Source of the DNA: a virus
Taxonomy: Duplodnaviria; Caudoviricetes
DNA length: 31,550 bases
Direction: 5' to 3' (one strand)
IMG/VR virus record: IMGVR_UViG_3300014656_000090
Span: 1 to 31,550 of that record
Each line of letters begins with the position of its first letter. Positions within the stretch are counted from its first letter, which is position 1. This document shows, piece after piece, positions 25,003 to 31,550 of the stretch. Under the pieces are notes generated by a model. The model saw only the letters and a list, made by a program, of their open reading frames with translations, had not been told where the DNA came from and did not search any database. Position numbers and translations under genes: made by a program.

Positions 25003-25217
25003 AGCTAATAGCAAAGTTTAACGAAAAGTGGATGATGGTTGATACGGAAACAAAAACCTGGGAATGGGTGGAACGGGCCACGCCTGATATTGAAGAAAAG
25101 ATACTGCACGATTGCACGATTACAGGCTTGCTGACCCAAAAAACGAACAAAGACGATACCATAATAGCCGAGAACATGCGGGATTACTGGAAGCACCAGG
25201 CCGCTGGTGCGGATTAA
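24999..25217 (+). CDS. Hypothetical protein
   Basis: GTGA overlap, AAAGGAGGGAA SD. Confidence 0.75.
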   Translation: MKLIAKFNEKWMMVDTETKTWEWVERATPDIEEKILHDCTITGLLTQKTNKDDTIIAENMRDYWKHQAAGAD

Positions 25218-25300
25218 CCCGCCAACCACCAGCCCGTAACTGTTATGGTTGCGGGCTGACGTGGGCTGGTTAGCCCAAATGATATTTAAGGAGGGAGTTT

Positions 25301-25486
25301 ATGCCGAGAACAACAAGCGGGCGGTGCCACAATTGCAATATACGCTATGTGTGGCCAGGGCGGAAACCGCTATTGCGTGATGCAAGATGCCCTGAATGTG
25401 GTGGCCGCCTACGACAGACGGTGCATTATTTTAAAAGTGGGCCAACGAAAGGGGTGGCCCCGCACCAAATGATGGGGGAGGTGTAA
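25301..25486 (+). CDS. Small zinc-ribbon protein
   Basis: CHNC...CPECGG motif. Strong SD. Confidence 0.75.
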   Translation: MPRTTSGRCHNCNIRYVWPGRKPLLRDARCPECGGRLRQTVHYFKSGPTKGVAPHQMMGEV

Positions 25487-25487
25487 T

Positions 25488-25952
25488 ATGCCGAGAGGAA
25501 TGTTGAGGGATAGGCTAGGACGGTTTAATGGCACGCCCTATGACCCCGTGCAACGGTTCTGGCAACTGGTTAAAAAGACTAATGGTTGCTGGCTGTGGGA
25601 AGGTCATATAGGCAAGAACGGCTACGGTTACTTTGCCGTGGGCCACCAAGTGCCAGTATTGGCACACCGCTACAGCTATGAATTAGCACACGGGAAGATA
25701 CCCGATGAACTTGAAATAGACCACTTGTGCCGCACCCGCCACTGTGTGAACCCCCAGCATTTGGAAACAGTTACACATGCTGAAAACTTGGGACGGGGCA
25801 ATATGTTTGATATTGGAAGCCTTAACCGATACAAAACACATTGCCCAAAGGGCCATGAATACAATGAAACCAATGCCTACTATTACAAGTATGGAAGGCA
25901 ATGCCGCCTCTGTAAGCGGCAAGAACAAATAGAGAGAAGGAGGAAACTTTAA
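25488..25952 (+). CDS. HNH endonuclease (homing-type)
   Basis: CWLWEG...GYG...AHRYSYE...DHLCRTRHCVNPQHLETVTHAEN, plus a KTHCPKGH...CRLC zinc finger. Confidence 0.92.
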   Translation: MPRGMLRDRLGRFNGTPYDPVQRFWQLVKKTNGCWLWEGHIGKNGYGYFAVGHQVPVLAHRYSYELAHGKIPDELEIDHLCRTRHCVNPQHLETVTHAENLGRGNMFDIGSLNRYKTHCPKGHEYNETNAYYYKYGRQCRLCKRQEQIERRRKL

Positions 25953-25953
25953 T

Positions 25954-26979
25954 ATGCCAGCCGAATTGGAAAGTATGTTCTACTACGGAGAGACACCCTG
26001 GCACGGCCAGGGCACACCAGTTACACACGCCTTAACCGCCGCCGAGGCCATTGTAGCGGCGGCCCTGGATTGGGAAGTAAAGCCCATGCCCATATACGTT
26101 AACAACCTGAACGGACACAAGGGCTTTACCAAGATACCTGACCGCAACGCTATTGCCCGACAGACGGACGGCAAGGTGATGGCGGTGCTGGGCGACGGTT
26201 ACACGCCCGTGCAAAACCTGGAAGCCTTTACCTTTTTTGATGATGTGGTGGCCAGCAAAGATGCCAAATACCACACGGCGGGTAGCCTTTTGGGTGGCCG
26301 CTGGGTATGGTTACTGGCCAAGCTGAACGGCGGTAACGGAACCATAAGCATTAAGGGTGATGCCGTGGACAAATACCTGTTACTGATGAACGGCCACGAT
26401 GGAACCCTGGCGTTTAAGATGTTTTTTACGCCCATACGGGTGGTATGCTACAACACCTTGACCGCCGCCGATGCCGAGGCAAAGGCCGCCATGCGTAAGG
26501 GCCAGCGGGCCGAAATGTTTTACGCAAGGCACAGCGAAACCATTAAGGGCCGTATTGAACAGGCCCGCAACGTGCTGGGCATAAGCCTGAAATACTATGA
26601 GGACTTTGCCGAACAGGCACGGCACCTGGCTGGTTTACAGCTACCCGCCGCCCAGCTACCCAAGTTATTAGCCGCCGCCTTTGGCACCACAGGGGCCATT
26701 AAGCCCCAGGACGTAACCAGCCTTGACGACTTTACGGCCCGTAGCCGTGAACGGGTGGAGGTGGTTACCAGGCTGTTTGAGGGCGAGGGCAAGGGCCTTA
26801 ATGAGCCTGGCATTAAGGGCACCAAATGGGCCGCCTACAATGCGGTGGTGGAATACGTGGACTATTGCAAAAAGTATGGCGGAACCGACCCCAACGACGT
26901 GCGGTTAAAGAACGCCCTGTTTGGTGGCGGGGCCCGCATTAAGCAACGGGCCTGGGACTACCTACAGAAAGGAAAATAG
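25954..26979 (+). CDS. DUF932 family phage/plasmid protein
   Basis: ETPWHGQG...LDWEV...YTPVQNLEAFTFFD...TAGSLLGGRWVWLLAKL...HDGT...TPIRVVCYNTL...GTKWAAYNAVVEYVD. Confidence 0.92.
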   Translation: MPAELESMFYYGETPWHGQGTPVTHALTAAEAIVAAALDWEVKPMPIYVNNLNGHKGFTKIPDRNAIARQTDGKVMAVLGDGYTPVQNLEAFTFFDDVVASKDAKYHTAGSLLGGRWVWLLAKLNGGNGTISIKGDAVDKYLLLMNGHDGTLAFKMFFTPIRVVCYNTLTAADAEAKAAMRKGQRAEMFYARHSETIKGRIEQARNVLGISLKYYEDFAEQARHLAGLQLPAAQLPKLLAAAFGTTGAIKPQDVTSLDDFTARSRERVEVVTRLFEGEGKGLNEPGIKGTKWAAYNAVVEYVDYCKKYGGTDPNDVRLKNALFGGGARIKQRAWDYLQKGK

Positions 26980-26989
26980 GAGGTTAACC

Positions 26990-27625
26990 ATGTTACATAC
27001 GACATTTAGATTGGGCAGAGAAAAAGGTGCGTGTATTAGCAGTTATAGAAAAATGGCAAAAGCCGTTGGCGGAATAACTAAATATGGCACTAATACACCC
27101 CTAGCCCTTGAGGAAGTAGTTAAAGTATGCGGACTAGCAGATGCTATTTGGTGCTTACGGTGCACTTGTGAGCCAAGCCAGGAATTTTTAATTGAATTTG
27201 CTTGCCGATGTGCAGAACATGTTTTGCATTACTACGAACGCCAATACCCAAACGACAAGAGGCCCAAACAGGCAATAGAAAAGGCACGGCAATGTTTTAC
27301 CGATAAAACCGCCAGTGCCGACAGTGCCGACAGTGCCGCCTGGGCCGCCAGTGCCGCCAGTGCCGCCTGGGCCGCCAGTGCCGCCAGGGCCGCCAGTGCC
27401 GACAGTGCCGCCAGTGCTGCCAGTGCCGCCTGGGCCGCCTGGGCCGCCAGGGCCGCCAGTGCCGACAGTGCCGCCTGGGCCGCCAGTGCCGCCAGGACCG
27501 CCAGTGCCGCCGCCAGTGCCGCCGCCAGTGCCGCCAGTGCTGCCAGTGCCGCCGCCAGTGCCGCCGAAATTAAATGGCAAACAGAAACATTTATAGAAAT
27601 GCTAAAAAATTGGGGGCCGAAATAG
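26990..27625 (+). CDS. Imm5-like protein with an Ala/Ser/Trp tandem-repeat tract, 211 aa
   Basis: AGGAGGT SD before ATG 26990. FACRCAEHVLHYYERQYPNDKRPKQAIEKAR motif, then (AAS/AAW/ADS/AAR)n. Confidence 0.8.
   Translation: MLHTTFRLGREKGACISSYRKMAKAVGGITKYGTNTPLALEEVVKVCGLADAIWCLRCTCEPSQEFLIEFACRCAEHVLHYYERQYPNDKRPKQAIEKARQCFTDKTASADSADSAAWAASAASAAWAASAARAASADSAASAASAAWAAWAARAASADSAAWAASAARTASAAASAAASAASAASAAASAAEIKWQTETFIEMLKNWGPK
27311..27566 (+). repeat. Coding tandem repeat of 9-bp units (GCCGCCAGT and variants)
   Basis: About 255 bp built from GCCGCCAGT, GCCGCCTGG, GCCGACAGT and GCCGCCAGG, with a few 12-bp units. Confidence 0.95.
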
Positions 27626-27771
27626 TGGAATGCCAGGATTGCCCGTTTTACGACAGGGAGGTTTACAGGTGCAACCACCCCGAGGCCGAGGGTAACCCCA
27701 CCCGCATGATGCCCGACGACGAGTGCCATTACGACTACGAGGCCGAGGACGTGGAGGACGACCTGGATTAG
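27625..27771 (+). CDS. Small Cys-rich acidic protein, 48 aa
   Basis: TAGTG overlap. MECQDCPFY...CNHP...CHYDY followed by an acidic tail. Confidence 0.65.
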   Translation: MECQDCPFYDREVYRCNHPEAEGNPTRMMPDDECHYDYEAEDVEDDLD

Positions 27772-27776
27772 CCTGC

Positions 27777-27820
27777 AAGCTACCCCGCATGGGTGTAATG
27801 CCTGTGCGGGGTAGCTTTTT
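27777..27820 (+). terminator. Rho-independent terminator
   Basis: AAGCTACCCCGCATGGGT / GCCTGTGCGGGGTAGCTT stem followed by Ts. Confidence 0.88.
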
Positions 27821-27851
27821 GCGTCTTGGCATATAACGGTTACAGAACAGC

Positions 27852-27880
27852 TTGACAATTAGCAAAATACCCTTTATTCT
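27852..27880 (+). promoter_or_regulatory. Promoter of the HTH/recombination/replication operon
   Basis: TTGACA (27852-27857), 17 bp spacer, TATTCT (27875-27880), directly after a terminator. Confidence 0.75.
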
Positions 27881-27899
27881 TGGAAAGGAGGTGATGCTT

Positions 27900-28136
27900 A
27901 TGGAACTACTAGACCGCATTAAGACCGCCCAGGAAGTGCATGGTTGGAGTGATGGCGAGTTTGCCCAGCAATTAGGCTTAAGCCAAAGTGTGTTAAGCCG
28001 TATTAAGCGGGGACTACGCCCACTTGATAACGTGCGGTTCTTACGTGCGGTGGCACAGGCAATGCCTGAACTACGCTGGCACATTGCAGAATACGTAATA
28101 GGAGGGAACGGAGAACATGCCGAGATACGGCACTGA
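27900..28136 (+). CDS. XRE/Cro-like HTH transcription regulator, 78 aa
   Basis: GWSDGEFAQQLGLSQSVLSRIKRGLR HTH. AAGGAGGTG SD before ATG 27900. Confidence 0.88.
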   Translation: MELLDRIKTAQEVHGWSDGEFAQQLGLSQSVLSRIKRGLRPLDNVRFLRAVAQAMPELRWHIAEYVIGGNGEHAEIRH

Positions 28137-28614
28137 TTACAGCAAAACAGCCATTAACCTTACTAACCCCGCCGAGGTGCGGAACCTATTGCTGGAATAC
28201 AACAAGGCCCGCAAGATGGAGACCATACACCAAGCCGCCCTGGAAGCCACCGCCGAGTTTAAGGTGCTGGCCCAGGCCCAGGCCGATGTGGGCAAGCTGT
28301 ATGACAAGCTACAGGAAGCCATTGACCTGGCGGGAAGCTACCAGGATATTGCCGAGGGCCTTTACGGCCTTAAGCAAAGCCGCACCAGCGTAACCTTTGA
28401 CCCCAAAGCGGTGCGTAAGGTTATACCACAGTTTGCCGAGGCCGTGATAATGGAAACTGTGGACGGCACGAAGGTCAACGGCCTTAAGAAAGGCGGCCTC
28501 ATTACAGAGGCACAGGTAGCCAAGATAGAGGTGCGGGCGGCCTTAAGCCCCGCCTACATTATTGGCATAGCGGAACAGCCCGTAAAGGGCAAGGAGGGAA
28601 CCAATGCCGATTAA
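28117..28614 (+). CDS. Hypothetical coiled-coil protein of the recombination module
   Basis: 165-aa ORF with AGGAGGGAAC SD. Helical N-terminal half. Confidence 0.75.
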   Translation: MPRYGTDYSKTAINLTNPAEVRNLLLEYNKARKMETIHQAALEATAEFKVLAQAQADVGKLYDKLQEAIDLAGSYQDIAEGLYGLKQSRTSVTFDPKAVRKVIPQFAEAVIMETVDGTKVNGLKKGGLITEAQVAKIEVRAALSPAYIIGIAEQPVKGKEGTNAD

Positions 28615-29881
28615 AGGTTTAACCGACAGGCCGCCCAGGTTGCCCCGTGTGGGCAAGATACACCTGGGCGTAAAGGTAAAGCAAGAGGGCAAGGCTGAAT
28701 ACCCCAGGGCTACGGACTACTTTGTGTTTGACCCCGCCCACCCGCAATACGAGGAGTTGGTGGCCACCTATGGCGAACAGCCAAAGGAACTACGCATACT
28801 GCTACCCATTGAGGACGAAGCCAAGTTTGCCCAGCAATACTACAGGCTATACAGTATGACCAGGGGCCTGGTTTGCAAGGGCGACGGTGAAACCGCCTTG
28901 CGTATGGTGGACACTAAGACGGGCGACGTGGCTAACCGTAATACCAAAGACGTGGCCATGCGGCCCGTAACATGTGCTGGCCGTGAGTGCCCCGACTACG
29001 GGCCCCGCAAGTGCGGCGAGGTGATGAACCTACAGTTTTTGTTGCCCGAGGTAAGCGGCTTTGGGGTGTGGCAGATTGACACGGGGAGTATTAACAGCAT
29101 TATAAACGTGAACAGTGCCCTGGAACTGGTGCGGGGCGTTTACGGGCGGGTTAGCATGGTGCCATTGATATTGGCCCTGGAACCGATGGAGGTGGTTAAC
29201 CCCGACGACGGCAAAAAGAAAACCGTGCGGGTGCTTAATATACGAAGCCAGGACAAGATGATAGAGGCATACCACAAGGCCCAAATGCCGCCGCTACAGC
29301 TTGTGGCCAGCATGGGTGAAACTGGCGAGATAGGGCCTATTGAAGCCGAACAGTTACCGCCCGTGGGCGACGAACCTATACACACGGATTTGCCCGTGGT
29401 AGAGGAAAGCCCTGGCACCGACAGTAACCCGTGGCCCGATGCCCCGCCTGGCCAGGAGACAAACGCCGATGGGGTTATTGAGGGCATACTGTGGATTGAC
29501 CGCAAGGCCCCGTTACCCGTGGGTAAGCCTGGCATGCGTGTGGGCATTAACGGCACCAATGACGTGCTACGCTGGGAACAGGCCGATGGTGATGGCGTTG
29601 ACGGCAAGGGTGGCCGCTGGGTAAAGGAAATGCCCGAAGCTGAAAAGCCGCCCGTGGTTAAACAAGCGGAGAAGGAAGCGGCGGAACGTGAGGACAAAGC
29701 CATTGGTGAGCCGTGGACTGGCATGACCTTTGCCGATTTGCTAGAATGGGCGAAGGCCCACCGCAAGGACAAGAAGGGCACCGAGGGCTGGTTGTTTAAG
29801 ACCTTTGGCTTTAACATTGAGAAGGCCAAAGCTAACCCCTACGAGTGTGCCCTGGAAGTAAAGCAATTAACGGGCTGGTAG
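28604..29881 (+). CDS. Gp3-like / recombination-directionality-factor-like phage recombination protein
   Basis: MPIKGLTDRPPRLPRVGKIHLG...YPRATDYF...CKGDGE...C...C...LQFLLPEV...GVWQIDTGSINSIIN matches this family by recognition. Acidic, Pro-rich C-terminal half. Confidence 0.75.
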   Translation: MPIKGLTDRPPRLPRVGKIHLGVKVKQEGKAEYPRATDYFVFDPAHPQYEELVATYGEQPKELRILLPIEDEAKFAQQYYRLYSMTRGLVCKGDGETALRMVDTKTGDVANRNTKDVAMRPVTCAGRECPDYGPRKCGEVMNLQFLLPEVSGFGVWQIDTGSINSIINVNSALELVRGVYGRVSMVPLILALEPMEVVNPDDGKKKTVRVLNIRSQDKMIEAYHKAQMPPLQLVASMGETGEIGPIEAEQLPPVGDEPIHTDLPVVEESPGTDSNPWPDAPPGQETNADGVIEGILWIDRKAPLPVGKPGMRVGINGTNDVLRWEQADGDGVDGKGGRWVKEMPEAEKPPVVKQAEKEAAEREDKAIGEPWTGMTFADLLEWAKAHRKDKKGTEGWLFKTFGFNIEKAKANPYECALEVKQLTGW

Positions 29882-29905
29882 CCCGTTAAGTAAGGAGGTG
29901 CCAAT

Positions 29906-30184
29906 ATGGCAGTAAAGGACAGGGCCCAAATAGGGCTAGAGGACACCTGGGTGCGTGATGCGGAATTGGAGGAATTGCTTGAGGACAGGGAGGTGAAAAA
30001 GGAACGGCTGGCCGAATACCGTGAGGCCGATAAAAAGGCCAGGGACAAAATAGCCGCCCTGGAACAGCCGATGCCATACCGTTGCGGGCGTTTTGTTATA
30101 AACAAGACGGTGCTGGGCCCCAGGGCGGTGGAGTTTGAAACCGAGGGCGGGGAACGGTTAAGCATTAAACTGGCCGAGAAGTAG
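29906..30184 (+). CDS. Hypothetical protein
   Basis: TAAGGAGGT SD, charged 92-aa ORF. Confidence 0.8.
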   Translation: MAVKDRAQIGLEDTWVRDAELEELLEDREVKKERLAEYREADKKARDKIAALEQPMPYRCGRFVINKTVLGPRAVEFETEGGERLSIKLAEK

Positions 30185-30255
30185 GCCCTGTGGGCGGTGG
30201 TGCTACGGTGCCACCGCCCGACCATTTGGTAACTGTTATAAGAAAGGAGGGCAAC

Positions 30256-30996
30256 TTGGCCAGGCCGCAAATAGAAAATGGCCATACCGATATAGCCAAC
30301 GAACTGACCGAAGCATTTGCCAGGTGCTATTTAACGGCCAGTGAGAGCCGTGTGCTATGGGCAATAATACGCAAGACCTATGGCTGGCATAAAAAGTATG
30401 ACCGCATTTCCTTTACCCAATTTGAACAGCTAACTGGCATGAACCGCCGCCATGTTGCCGATGCCCTCAAGAGTTTAATGGGTCGTTCTATTGTTACCCG
30501 TAGAGGCAACAATTACAAGCTGGAATATGGCGTGCAAAAGGACTATGAGAAGTGGGTATTGTTACCCGTAGGGGTAATGAATAGGCTTAAAAACTTGTTA
30601 CCCGTAGAGGCAACAAACACAATCGTTACCCAACAAGGCAATACCCCGTTACCCGTAGAGGCAACAAAATCGTTACCCGTAGAGGCAAACACAAAAGAAA
30701 AGAAAACAACTATACAAAAGAAAATAGTAGAAGGTCGCAAAATAGCGGGTTACATGTTTGAATTGCCCTGGCTGAATAAACTGGTAGCTGAATATGCCGA
30801 CCTTAACTTTGAAGCCGAGGTTACTAAGTTTGAGGATTACCAGGCTGATACAAGGCGTAAATTAAAAAGCCCGAAGCTGGCTTTACGCAACTGGCTTAAC
30901 ATAGCCCGTGAACGGGCGGCCAAAGCACCCGCCGCAAGTAGAGGTGCCAGGCCGCTACCCGATACCAAAACATTAAAGGAGGAATGGGAACAATGA
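30256..30996 (+). CDS. Replication initiator, lambda O-like N-terminal domain
   Basis: TTG after AAAGGAGGG. PQIENGHTDIANEL...VLWAIIRKTYGWHKKYDRISFTQF...GVQKDYEKW, with internal iterons, and followed by the DnaC-like gene. Confidence 0.9.
   Translation: MARPQIENGHTDIANELTEAFARCYLTASESRVLWAIIRKTYGWHKKYDRISFTQFEQLTGMNRRHVADALKSLMGRSIVTRRGNNYKLEYGVQKDYEKWVLLPVGVMNRLKNLLPVEATNTIVTQQGNTPLPVEATKSLPVEANTKEKKTTIQKKIVEGRKIAGYMFELPWLNKLVAEYADLNFEAEVTKFEDYQADTRRKLKSPKLALRNWLNIARERAAKAPAASRGARPLPDTKTLKEEWEQ
30493..30727. promoter_or_regulatory. Replication origin: iterons plus A-rich tract within the initiator gene
   Basis: GTTACCCGTAGAGGCAA at 30493, 30597, 30648 and 30672, with variants at 30561 and 30625, followed by an A-rich stretch at about 30690-30727, as in lambdoid origins. 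Confidence 0.85.
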
Positions 30997-31550
30997 CATT
31001 ACCACTCGACCAAGCCGCTGAAAAATACTTTACGCCGCCCGACGAGGAACAGGTTGCGGAACGGAACGAGAAGTTTGACCGTATGGCCCGCTTTAGCGGC
31101 ATGCCGCTGGCCACCAGCGAAACGCTACTATTGATGAAGTTTTTGCCTGGCCCTGGCACTAAAACAGCTTATGCCGCCGCCCTGGCCTTTGTGGGTGAGC
31201 CCGAGCACCACTTTTTAACCTTTGTGGGCGAGCCAGGCCGTGGCAAAACGCACTTGGCCCTGGGTATAGGCTGGCACTGGCTAGCCCAGGATAAGGGCAC
31301 TGTAAAATACTGGCAAGTAAGCGAACTGTTAGACGCTATGCGGGCCGAGTTTGACAAGCCGCCCGAAACCGAAACAGGGGCCCCGCTACCAGGCCAGTTT
31401 GAACTTGCCAAAGGCGTTAGCCTACTGATACTGGACGACCTGGGTGTAGAAAAAACCAGTGAGTGGGTGGCCGATAAACTGGACACCCTGGTTAACCACC
31501 GCTGGCTTGAGGGCAAATGCACGGTGTTTACCACTAACCTGGCACCCAGC
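30993..31550 (+). CDS. DnaC/IstB-like AAA+ helicase loader, N-terminal part (continues at 124-246)
   Basis: ATGA overlap with the initiator. Walker A GEPGRGKT and Walker B LLILDDLG. Open to the end of the window. Confidence 0.92.
   Translation, partial: MTLPLDQAAEKYFTPPDEEQVAERNEKFDRMARFSGMPLATSETLLLMKFLPGPGTKTAYAAALAFVGEPEHHFLTFVGEPGRGKTHLALGIGWHWLAQDKGTVKYWQVSELLDAMRAEFDKPPETETGAPLPGQFELAKGVSLLILDDLGVEKTSEWVADKLDTLVNHRWLEGKCTVFTTNLAPS
31428..31550. repeat. Terminal direct repeat, right copy
   Basis: Identical to 1-123. Confidence 0.97.

Noticed and set aside
27188-27858. Gly/Thr-, Pro/Val- and Ala/Leu-repeat ORFs in other frames, or a CRISPR array
   Set aside because: These are shadow frames of the 9-bp coding repeat. 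There are no unique spacers and no cas genes.
30192-30219. GC hairpin with a TACG loop upstream of the initiator as a terminator
   Set aside because: No U-tract follows. It may be a stabiliser or pause site but is not supportable as a terminator.
200-31534. Minus-strand ORFs in the six-frame track (e.g. 22678-23463, 29140-29829, 4105-4470)
   Set aside because: They overlap well-supported + strand genes and lack SDs and motifs. Scarcity of TCA on the + strand also removes TGA stops on the - strand and lengthens shadow ORFs.
1-31550. Stop-codon reassignment or tRNA genes
   Set aside because: Genes tile densely under the standard code with TAA, TAG and TGA all used as stops, and I saw no tRNA cloverleaf.

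Overview
This window is a complete circular genome of a tailed dsDNA phage. Bases 1-123 are repeated exactly at 31428-31550, so the unit length is 31,427 bp, and every credible gene lies on the + strand. The early/replication arm runs from about 24.3 kb through the junction to about 4.1 kb. It holds a PD-(D/E)XK-like nuclease, two HNH proteins, DUF932, an Imm5-like Ala-repeat protein, a Cro-like HTH, a Gp3/RDF-like recombination protein, a lambda O-like initiator with internal iterons, a DnaC-like ATPase, a NinG-like protein and a putative late regulator. The late arm (4.4-24.1 kb) holds a ParB-fused methyltransferase, both terminase subunits, a portal-MuF fusion, an HK97-type protease and capsid, several decoration proteins, neck proteins, two paralogous tail-tube genes, a short tape measure and tail-tip genes. 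I recognised no integrase, divergent CI repressor or endolysin. The main signals are these. (1) A promoter- and terminator-bounded small RNA at the early/late boundary exposes GGUUCCCUCCUUU, which is complementary to an extended ribosome-binding motif (AGGAGGGAAC) found only in the early arm. (2) A second hairpin/anti-SD/hairpin element matches exactly the internal start site of an apparently permuted (T-then-G) tail chaperone gene. (3) The + strand shows extreme TC dinucleotide avoidance. (4) A palindromic RTAACNGTTAY motif and a duplicated two-hairpin leader recur at early control points. All counts were made by eye and all protein family calls come from motif recognition, not database searches.
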